From Azolla caroliniana (lineage: Eukaryota; Plantae; Polypodiophyta), in assembly GCA_043228905.1 (NCBI GenBank), contig JBHGNT010000017.1:6448001-6512000 (forward strand): a stretch of 64,000 nt of DNA, written 5' to 3'. Positions 49,921 through 60,510 of this stretch are shown one piece after another; positions within the stretch are counted from its first letter, which is position 1; each line of letters starts with the position of its first letter. A program made the position numbers and the translations under genes. Under the pieces are notes generated by a model. The model had not been told where the DNA came from and searched no databases. It worked only from the letters and a program-made list of their open reading frames with translations.

Positions 49921-52340
49921 ATTCTTCTTTTTCGATTAGCTTACATTTTTTTATGTACAATGATGTACAATAATCCTAAGACCAAAGTTAAGACCAAAGA
50001 AAAGACCAAAGATAGGACTTTGTAGAAGGTGTTAGAATTTGTTGTTGCACACTACAATGGTTTACTGATATTCAAGAAAGGGTCCATGGAAGTCGATAGT
50101 GTCATTGAGGCCCTTGAGTTGACTCTATAGACAGGGGCAACTTTTTCCATAAGTGAAGAAGCATCTTCCTTCTCTTAAGGGAACCATGCATATGGTCATA
50201 CTGGCCACAAACTATTTCCAGCAAGTCATCCCATATCTCAAGCAAGACATCTGAGAGACGTTGATCTGCCGCATCATAAAGTCCGTTCCATCGACATTTC
50301 GATAATGCCCATAACGTTATTGTAGTCATTGTTTTCCAAACCTGGACAGATCGCACCTACTTTCGAGGTTGTCGAAAGGGGCTAACTAATATCAATCTTC
50401 CATTATGTACCATCATTGCCTCCTAAACATCGTCTGCCTCATACAATATCAAGTTGGAATGTAACACTCCCCACATTGTTGATCTCCATGAAAATAGGCA
50501 GTCAACATTGATTGTTAAGAATAACGAATAGACATTATTCCATACTTGTTGATCCAAGGGACAGGACCAAAGGACATGCTTGGTAGTCTCCTGAGCTTCA
50601 TGACAAATGCCAGAATGCCGAAGATTGGGTATTACATTCCCTTTGAATGAATGATCAACTGGTAATGCCATATGCACTAATAGCCATCTGAAGAGAATAA
50701 ATTTAGTTGGCGCCTTAAATGACCAAATCCATCTCCAGTAGGTTTTCAAATGCAAAGTTGAGAACCCCCCAAGTGGTTCAATGTTTTTGAGTTGTTGGTA
50801 TCGTTGCATTCCGAGAGAACGGTAATGATCTTCTAAGTTTTACTGAGTACTAAAAGAAGGGAACCTTTATGATCTGTTCTCCAAGGAATGTGACCAAAAC
50901 CAACCCTCGGGATCCCATGCTAATCTTGCAACAGGGTCTTTTGCGTATAACCACAACATATAACACATGACCAATTGAAGGATACAGATCGAGCATCCAT
51001 TTCTTTCTAGTTTTAGCAACTACTCTGATTGGTGCACTTCGCAAGTGTTGTAGATAGCTGCAATCAAAGGTATAAAGTTGTCACCTATGGTTGTCTAGGA
51101 CCTAAAAATAAGAAGCGCACCCGTTAGGTGAAACACCCTTGACATCCATCATTGTGTCATTTATGAAGCATCCAAACAACAAATGTTCCTGCCTGGGTTG
51201 GAAGGTTGCTAATATGCTAGCAGTCATTATCTTAACACCACGAACAGATTGTAAATGTGCATGGCAATCTTCTTGTGACATTTGCTAAAATTGAGTCCAA
51301 GTTCTTACAGATTCAATAGGCCCATTATCCAATTTACCCCAGCAAGACGAGTTCTCAGGCCCAACACTTTTCCTGCATTATCCCGAAATAGAGAATTGGC
51401 AAGAAGAGGCTAATTAAGTAGTACATCCCACGTAGAAGGCATTTCCTTAAGCAAAATGACTTAATCACATCCCATGCCCTTATGATTCCTAGCAAAAATA
51501 TATTGGATGCAAGATCGTGCCTTGGTGTTTGCACATCATTCACGAACAACCACTTTAAAGAGGGTGACCAAACTCCTCCTTAGGACTTAACTGTATCAAT
51601 TGATTTATAAATATTTCTTTCCAAGCTTCTGATCCTAGCAGCAATCCTTTGATCACAAACTTAGTCAAGAGGGTTCTTGACTGCATCAAGGGATCTATCA
51701 GACCCAACCCTCCATTGCTTTTAAGTTGAATTAACACATTCCAAGCAACTTTGGTTACTATTGGAGATCCTTGTTCCAAACAGATGTTATAAACCACATT
51801 GAAGCCAACATTACTAAGTTTGCTACTACAACCCGACCTGCAAAGGACAATTGTTGGGCATCCCAATATAGTAGTTTACGTTTTATTGACAATAGTAATG
51901 ACTATAACATTGCTTTTGGCCTCAAATATATATACCAACCATAATCCCAAATATCAAACTGGTTCACCATGGTGAAGCCATCGGAAAGAAGGACCTGGAC
52001 ACCACACAAGGTGAGTTTCTTCACCCACCCAAAGTCCGACTAACTTATTCTAGTTAAGTGATGCACCTGTATCATCTAAGAAAACTTGCAAAGCATCTTG
52101 TACCCGACTAAAATTACCAATCTCCCCATCAACCTAGAGGGTTGTGTCATCGGCAAACTCAGCATCCAATACAATAGGTTGTGTAATAGGTAATGCTATG
52201 CTTTTTATACGAACCGAAGACGATATTAGGTAGGGGGACAAAGCTTCCCCAAACAAGATAAAAAGAAAAGGGGCAAGAGAGCATCCTTGCCTAACTGACC
52301 TGGAGATAGGAAATAGTGTCCCATATCCTCTAGCAACAGC
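49921..52340 (-). mobile_element. 5'-truncated, decayed L1-like LINE (RT, zf-RVT, A-rich tail)
   Basis: Minus strand: RSVRQGC.LAPFLF (~52250-52310), EFADDTTL (~52140-52160), KVAW..GGLGL, ICHEAQETTKHVLWSC; A-rich end near 49925-49952. Confidence 0.85.
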
Positions 52341-53178
52341 AGGTCATTTAGAACAGGTAATATGTCGCATTCCTTTATTGATAAATACATGAGATGTCAA
52401 GAATTACAATTTTTTAACAAACTTTCAAGAATGTATCACGCATGCGCACATGACTTTTAAAAACATCAATAAAAAACACATTTAATATTATCAAGATTTC
52501 AAATTTAACCTATATTTTCTCAATTCATACACATATTTAGCCAAACATTCGCTTGGATTACGAGGATGTTTTCAACTATCATTGTAATATGCTTCATTTT
52601 ACATAATGTTGATTTTGAATCCAATTGAACAATTTTAGAAACAAAATTTTAATGTTATATTTCTCTCTAACTCCTATAAAGCTTGTTATATAAAATGAGC
52701 AAATTGCATTTTTGGGTATAATTAGACATATATTCACAAGTGAATATCACATTATATACCTCACATGACCAAAAACTTCTATTAACATTATATCCCAATC
52801 ATATATGAACAACCTAAATGTAAGATCAAGTGAGCAACAATGTTGACGTAATATTATTTTGTACACTCGAAACTAAATAACCAAGATTAAAGAGCTTAGA
52901 AATCCTAGAATAAAGCTAAATTCAATTATATTAATAAAGAAACAATTATAACCAACATTTGTCATACAATCGATAAGTTCATAATCATCTATTCAATAAA
53001 AATTATACTTAACAACCACATACTTTGCAAGTCAACCAATACAAATATATGATAGACACTTAAAGTTTGCAAACCAATCAGATAGTGTATTGAAATGGTA
53101 CTCAAACAAAATAATCTTATATTCCAAAACAAGTTTAATGTTACAATTTTATAGTTACAAATACAAACTAATATGCAA

Positions 53179-55850
53179 TCACTCCATTAGAAGTTCTAGA
53201 ACAGGCTGCTCTCCAAGATCAGCTGATAGTGGTGCTGCATCAACATGTTTTGTCTCCTCAGCTGAATCTTGTATATGGTTTGAACCCGGTGCATCTTCAA
53301 GGTCGACAAGGTTGCCTCCTTCCTCGTCTATAGGTTCCATCGACTCTCTGGAGGCATCTAAAACATCTCTGTTTCGTTGATATGCGTTGCCCCAACCTCA
53401 TGGTCTTGGTCGGGACAATCCCAGATGCCTTGGATCCTCATCTTAATAATATTGACTTAGTCGGGGTTCTTCTCTAATGTGACGCAGTTCCTGAACAGTT
53501 TAAGAGCACATGCAGTGGTAGTTCCTAAATAAACAATCACACATACAAAAGTAAGAAAACAAGACAAGAAATAATATTTCATTTTTAAAAAAAATGATGA
53601 AACTTATGAGATTACTTGGTGCCCGAGCCTTCTTCTTAGAAATTGTGTCGTAGTAGCCCACATACATGTGCTCCACAGCACTCACCATTCAATCACCCGG
53701 GGTACGAGTTATGTTCGTTTTAACCCTATTTTATAATTGAATCGAAACAAGTTAATAAATATGTAGTAAGCAACATAGAATCCATACATTAAATATATAG
53801 TAACATAATGGTTACCAATGCATATGTTCTGTGGCATGACATCTCGACTTCAATGCAATCATGACTGATAACGCCTGACCCATACTGTGAAATATAACAA
53901 TACGCCATAATGGTACCAGGGTCAACTTCGCAAAGTCCTTAACCATATTCTCTATTTGCGGATATTTGTATGGCACATCATCGTATGTCTAGCCTGATAT
54001 TCTAAAGCCATATGGTATATTCGCCACGAGAAATGTATAATGTCTCTTGGGTAATATGTCAAGCATATTACCCTTGACATATTACCCACATCCCCATTAT
54101 ATACACTATAATACAATTGTTAGAAAGGATCACTCTTGTGCAAAAAGCTTTTTACGGTATCTGAGTCCTCAGGCACCTTGAGTTCTTTTCCTTTTGTCAT
54201 CCGTTTGTCGTATTTAGCTCATTCCAAATGGGTGATGAAGGCGCTAGGTATGCCTTCATTGTTGTCACTATTCTTCTTTGAACGAGGTGGATGTTGTAAT
54301 TATAAATTTTGTAAGAAGAAACTCATTATCCAAAAATCAATTAATATTTGTAGAACATACATACCCATTCTTTAAACACGATAAAGAATTCTTCAAGAGC
54401 CTTGTAAGATTATGTTTTTAGGCAAGATTGCTCCACTTCTTCCCACGTAGGCAGGGACAAATTTTTCATCATCAACTCTGGAATCTTCATATACACCTTA
54501 TGGCTAAAAAACAAAATAAACTAAAATTAGAATAAAGAACAAATCAACAAAGCAATCAAATCAAAATGATACACGCACATAGATGACTCACTTTTGAAAC
54601 TCTGTGATCATTTCGTCAAGGCTAAACTCCTTGGCGGCCACTCTTGATAATACAGATATCAATAATTTTTCATCCTTAATTCCTTGCATCTACTGCCAAG
54701 GAAGTAGTTTCATATCTTCGGCTAACTCTTCAATTACTAAGTCACTTTTACGTGACTTAGATTTCATCTCCATCTGTGGGTCGAGCTTAGCCTTCTTTGA
54801 TCTTTGACCCTTTATTTCTCTACGCTTCCACATACAAAAAATGTGATCTTGGAGGTCCCACACCTCCCCTGTTCTAAAGGCAAGTTGAAACCATGAGTCA
54901 TATTTTCTCAGGCCTTCAGACTTGGTGGTTTCGTCAACTGTTATCCCCACTTCAAGCAGACATTGTCGTCACAATCCAAGATGCAGCCGAATACCAAATT
55001 TTTGCAGCGCATCAAGGTACTCGTGATGGAAGAACTTGATGTGCTCAATACATGACATCTTTTGTCTATAGTCATTATCGTTGTTATGATCCAAAGCTAA
55101 CAACCTGGCTTCTTAATGTGTAAGGGTTGCATACACTTTACATTCTACGTACTTGAAGAAAGGGGTAAGAGGATACTCCTTGACGAGTTGACTTCGAGCT
55201 TCAGTAGAGTGTGATCCTCCAATCACATAGTATGTGTAGTTATCTACGGAACTGTATTTGAAGTCAGCAACACCAGGGCATTGATCTGGGTCAACCATTA
55301 CTAAGAATGGCACTACAGTTGCATGTGGATTAATCTTCATTTTGCTATTTAAGTTCTGCACATGCACTGAATGTGGCACTCTTATTTCTAGAGCCCGTCT
55401 TCCTGTCTCCAGATTGATGGGTGGCCGTTCAATAGAGAAAATTGGTAAGTGAAATAATTGTCCTTTACGGACAAGCTTCGTCTTTACAATATTTTCTCTA
55501 ATCCGGTTCTGCTCTAAGGTGAGTATCCCCGATGAAATGTACCCCCCTGGAGGAATAACTTCAAGCTCGGCTTCTTCCTCCTCATATTCTACGAACTCGA
55601 GGACCTTTGGCTCGTCCTCTTCTGGTTGTTGCCTTTTCTTGTACTTCTTATGTTCGGGTCTGGACTTCTTGGCAGACTTTGGTGGGGTTGTTGCTTGCGT
55701 GACCATCAGCTCTCCCTTAATGTACGGGCGCAAAGCAACAATCAAGATGTTTTTTGTTTGAACATCGTTTTTTAAGGCTTTAGGGTGGCAGGAGTCAATT
55801 ATCAAATTACGTTCATCGATCTTGACTCTTCGAACCCCCACTGAGCTATC
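53179..55850 (-). pseudogene. Multi-exon ParB-like domain / beta-class DNA amino-methyltransferase (N6A or N4C) fusion gene, 5'-truncated and decayed
   Basis: YYVIGGSHSTEA..EARLLALDHN..KMS.IE (ParB/Srx-like); YNGDVGNMLDILP..FLVANIPYG (motif IV at 54010-54021); W|VKTN..SAVEH; GTTTACALKLFRNCVTLEK (after motif I); introns with recognisable GT donors (~54591, ~54364, ~53815) and AG acceptors (~54504, ~53726, ~53525). Confidence 0.72.
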
Positions 55851-55985
55851 AACAAATTTCCGTCAAAGCAACTGTTATGTTTATTGCAAATGCATGAATT
55901 TATTTATGTATATACATTATCGAATGGATGAATTCATTTAAGCATGTGTATTATCTACCAATCATGGTATAATTATGATGTGTAG

Positions 55986-56365
55986 GTGTATTCACAACCA
56001 ACATTTGAGGTATTAAAAGGAAAAGTTTTTGATGCTACAATGGGGATGTTACCTTCAGAAATTTTATTCCAAGGTTGCTCTTGAGGGGCTTCTATATTAC
56101 ACTCATGACACTCGTAGCTGCAATGCTTCCTTTCTTTGCAGATATCAGTGCCCTCATTGGGGCCTTTGGTTTTACACCTTTAGATTTTATCTTTCACATG
56201 CTTTTCTACAACATGGTATTGAAGACATCTCGGAGATCCTTCATTTTCTTAATAAATGCACTCATTATAGTGGTTTTCTCAATCGTGGGCTTATTCGGTT
56301 TCATTGCAGCCGTACGACAAATTGTTCATGATACAAGAACCTATCGAATCTTTGCAAATTTGTAG
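55986..56365 (+). pseudogene. GABA transporter (GAT/AAAP family) terminal exon, copy 2, complete to the stop but with a 1-bp frameshift
   Basis: Same acceptor and upstream intron as copy 1 (offset 10033); ends ..INALIIVVFS..AAVRQIVHDTRTYRIFANL*; 1-nt deletion near 56050. Confidence 0.87.
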
Positions 56366-56374
56366 TATTACCGG

Positions 56375-56960
56375 TGTCGTGCCTTTCGGCGCCAGATCGT
56401 TTGCGTGAGTTGGGTGGAACCGTTGGGGTTTTGGACTAGGAGAAAGAAGAATATGAGATAATGTTAGTTAGGAAGAGATTGTAAGAAAAAGATATGAAAC
56501 TTGTGAATCCCACGAATATTTTGTATTAATCAATCCTTCTAAAAAAATTCAATAATCCTATACATCTTTCTCTCTTCCTTATGTAGTGTTAAAAGAGTCT
56601 AAGTTTATCACATGCAAGCATCATGCTTTTCCTAACTTTAGTTTTCATGCACACTGCATGTGCATGATTAGCTTTCTATCCCATCTTTTCTTTTAACTTG
56701 AGTGTGTATGCATGAATAACTTTTTGTACCATGCATAACTAGAATATTTACATGGGATAAAGTTTAGTATAACTTTAAAATTTATAGTATGCTAATATGG
56801 TGGTAAGGTTGGGGTTTGCCTACGTGAAGGTACAGGGTTCAAATCTTGCCCTATGCACATAATCAATATTTTTAATATTTTATTTTTATTTATTATACGT
56901 ACTCTAAATCGGATATAGTGTTTTACATATTTCACATAGTGTGTGATTCACACTACGACA
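56375..56960 (-). repeat. 3' LTR of Gypsy G (586 bp)
   Basis: Same termini as family E, CATG-rich tract and A/B-box module; PPT adjacent. Confidence 0.85.
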
Positions 56961-59359
56961 CTCGCCCCCTTCGAATCCGCACATCCTCCGGTATGTGCTA
57001 AAGTCCTTGATACTTGCTATTCACCTTCATCCGAAGCTTCCTCTGATTCTCCCCTTAAGTCGACTATGAGTTGTAATCCACTTTCTTCGCTTTCCACATC
57101 ACCGCGATCTTCGTCTGATTGCTCCTCCTTCTTGGTCTTATCTAGGATCACATAGGGTTCTTCATCAGTCCGCTTTTTGAAAATCTTCACCCGTTTCCTG
57201 GCTATAGGCACTCATAGAATCGTTCCATCCAACTCGCATAGTGAGTAAGTTCCGTTGTTGAAAACTTTCCGAACCTCATATGGCCCGAACCACCTTTTCG
57301 CGAACTTCTGCATCGTTGTATGTTGATGATCCAAACTGTTGTCGTAGACAATCACCCAATCTCCTTCTTCAATCTTCCGCGGTCATAGTCGGTGCTTTGT
57401 GTTGAACCGGCTTTTATTCTGGAATCGCGCTTCTTGTTGTCGGCGTATTGCTTCCGCTATGTCTTCTGGTCTTCCCTCTAGTTGTCGTATCTGAACCGCT
57501 AGTAGTTCTTCCTGGCTCATCTCTTCCTTCCATGGTAGCATTGTCCATGTCGCGATTGCGGTTTCCGTTGGCATTACCGGTGCTTGTCCGGTCATGAGTT
57601 CTGCCGGCATGTAACCGGTTACGGAGCTATGCGTCGTCCAATCCGCCCATAGTGCATACGGAAGCATCTGCGGCCAATCCTTCAGCCTTCCATCACATGC
57701 CTTCGCAAGTTCTTTGACGATCGGACAATGTCCTCGTTCAATCTTCCCGTTGGCTTCCGGATTGTATGCCGTTATCAGTGTTAACCGAACTCCATGTTTG
57801 GCGAAGAATCCCCTAGCTTTGTCAGAGTCAAGTTCTCCCCGATCCACAATCACTTGTCCTACGCACCCGTACCTACAAAACACCTCCTCCAAAAGAAATT
57901 GGCATACCGCAGAACACATTTTCCTTCGTAGAGCCCGACCTTCTACTTGGTTTGTGACATCTTCCCGAGCTAACACCAAGTACTTCTTTTGTTTGATCCC
58001 GGTTGGCATGGCTACAATATCGACCATCCACTTGAAGTTGATTGTTGGTGAGAATGTCGGATGTAACTCATCTCAGTGTCAAACTCTGAAGTAGATTTGA
58101 CACTTCTCGCAGCTTTCCGCGAACTCCGCTATATCTTTGTACATGTTCTTCCACCAATATTTTTGTTTCATTTTTACAAAAGTTTCACGTGTTCCTCGAT
58201 GTCCAGTCCAATCGGATTCGTGAAATTTGGACATTATCTAGTTTCGTTGCTCTTTCGTCCCGACTACCCGAAATGGTATGCCATCCGGTCTTTTAGGCTC
58301 CCTCCATATTAATCCATTTTTCAAGAAGAACTTTCGGACTTGCCGCTTCTTACTTCGGATCTCAGCTCTCTTCTCTTTATTGTCTGATGATTCCTCGATT
58401 TCTTGTAGAACTTTCCCGATCAACAAGCTTTCTCCCTCGTATTCTTCCTCCCAGAATTCTCAGATTACGTTCACCCGGCATATGTGCTCCGAACCGCGTC
58501 CTTGATAGCATATCCACTACCGCGTTGTCTTTTCCGGAGATGTGTCGTACCTCCGGATTAAGTGACTTAACATATGCGATCCACCTTAGCATAGCCACAT
58601 TCAGTATCATGCAAAGTCAAAGAGCCCGTGCTAGCATTGATTGATCACGGATCGGAGATCAATTTGATGTCCAAGGAATTCTACCAGAAGGGGAAGTGAC
58701 CTATAAACACTAACCATGGATGGAAGATCCAGGCAGCCACTAAAGCAACGGAAGATCTATTTGCGGCTTGTCCATATGTGACAGTGAAGATCGGGGATGT
58801 CAAGATCGACCAAAATTTCATCGTACAAGACGAGGTTTCACATTCCATGATCCTTGGGCAACCATTTATCACGGCATCACGAATGGAGACGAAGGTGCTC
58901 GATAGCGGTGCGGCTTTCGCCCGAATTCGGAGCCAAAGCGGAGGGAAATCCGTCCAATTCCTAACTATGCCAGCAAATCATGAAAGGAACAAGAGAGAGG
59001 TCTTGTTCCAAACAACAATGGATTTTTAGAGCGAACTGTTGCGGAGTGGGGAAGTGATAGTCCGGGAAGCCCTAATACCCCACACAAGAAGAAAACTCTC
59101 GGAGCAAAACAAGTACAAATCGGTCCGGATGGGGCATCTACGTACACGGCTGTAACCGGAGGAATGAAGAAAGAATACCGAAAAGTAGAGGATAAGTTGA
59201 GATCAGCATCAATAATAAAAGAAGACGAAGAAATCGTGGGGGTAGTGGAAGAAGTGTTCTATGGGAACACGCTACAATGGCTTGAAGAGCTTGTGGAGGA
59301 TAAAAGTTGTTGTCCAGAGGACAGAAATGTAAAATTAGGAAATTAGCAAACAGCGGTAG
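56375..59359 (-). mobile_element. Gypsy element G, diverged relative of family E (3' LTR, INT, RH end, then inverted PR segment)
   Basis: LTR 56375-56960 with TGTCG..CGACA ends, PPT 56961-56971, INT similar to family E (AYNPEANGKIERGH), plus-strand protease ALIDHGSEINL from ~58610. Confidence 0.9.
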
Positions 59360-60510
59360 TGTAACCGAGCGCCAAGTCCGAGTATCACGGGCCACCGACG
59401 GATCGGTTGTGTATTAGGGGAAACGTTATTTAAACGAGGTCCAGTACCTCAAAGGGAGAGAGAGAAAAATATAGGCGGAAGCACTAGCTTAGTCCATCGT
59501 AACTAGATAATCCTGTAAGGTCACCGGGCGTAGGCCGTGTTTTGTAATCCTTTTTCTGTCGCAGTAATATATCTTATTTGTGCCCATTTTGCTCCATGTG
59601 TCTGTGCTTTGGTTCATACCTATGATTTCAGCGCCACCCACGCCTATCAAGATCTCGCTAGTGTTTTATCTCTGATCATTTTCTCCCTCACGACGCCTCT
59701 GTTACGAGCCTTCACGTACCACGCCCTTGAATACCGATAGCCGCAGATCTATCGGAGGTGTTCACCCAAAGGAACGGGTAACACAATTTGGCACGCCTGG
59801 TTACAGTTGTGAGTGCACAGTGAACTTCGTTGAAGGTAACCACCAGCCGCCATTACGGCGCCCTCTCGCACCACGAGGTCTCGGCCACTTGCCCAACGCC
59901 CTGAGCAAGTCGAAGGAACTTCCGACTCGGCGGTCACTGACCAATCCTTTCCCGAGCAATCGGAGGCTTCCCCAGTGCAATCCTCGCCACCAGACACTCG
60001 ATCGCGAGTTGATTCACCACCAAAACCCCCGTCGAGCCCTCCGGAGGTCAATCAACCGGAATTAAACCCTTTTCCGGTGCTACCAGAAGACCCAGAGTAC
60101 GACATCATGTCGTACCCATACCCACGATACACCGACGGACCAGATGCGGAGTCACACATCCGTGCCTTCATATCCATGTGGCAGGCCAACCACTCAACGC
60201 ACCGCCTCACGCCAACCGAAATCGATGCCTCAAAGATTGCCGAGTTCACACTCTCCCTCACTGGACCGGCCACACGATGGTACTCTCGCCTCGAAATAGG
60301 AGAGGCCACCACTTTCCAAATCGTGCGCACAAAGTTCCTTGAACTTTTTCATCGTGAGGTGGCTAAACGGGAACTGCTCCGGCAATTCTTCTCTATATGC
60401 CAGGAACCGCACGAAACGGTCGCGCAGTTCACGATCCGGTTCCAGGATATCTACAGACAAGTGGCCGATGATGTCTCGGCACAACATATACCGGACACTT
60501 TCCTGTCCAG
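59360..60510 (+). mobile_element. Gypsy element H (family of B): 5' LTR ~59360-59785, PBS-like TGGCACGCC 59789-59797, gag start; interrupted
   Basis: TGTAACC start; LTR/PBS/leader/gag sequence homologous to the minus strand of 12560-13290; gag YPRYTDGPDAESH..WQANH. Confidence 0.85.

Noticed and set aside
46212-52460. Weak inverted similarity between ~46215-46310 and ~52360-52455 as TIRs of a large element
   Set aside because: Too degenerate and AT-rich to support by eye; no TSD found.
45953-56365. Intact functional GAT gene
   Set aside because: Copy 1 is truncated, copy 2 is frameshifted, and no upstream exons are recognisable in the window.
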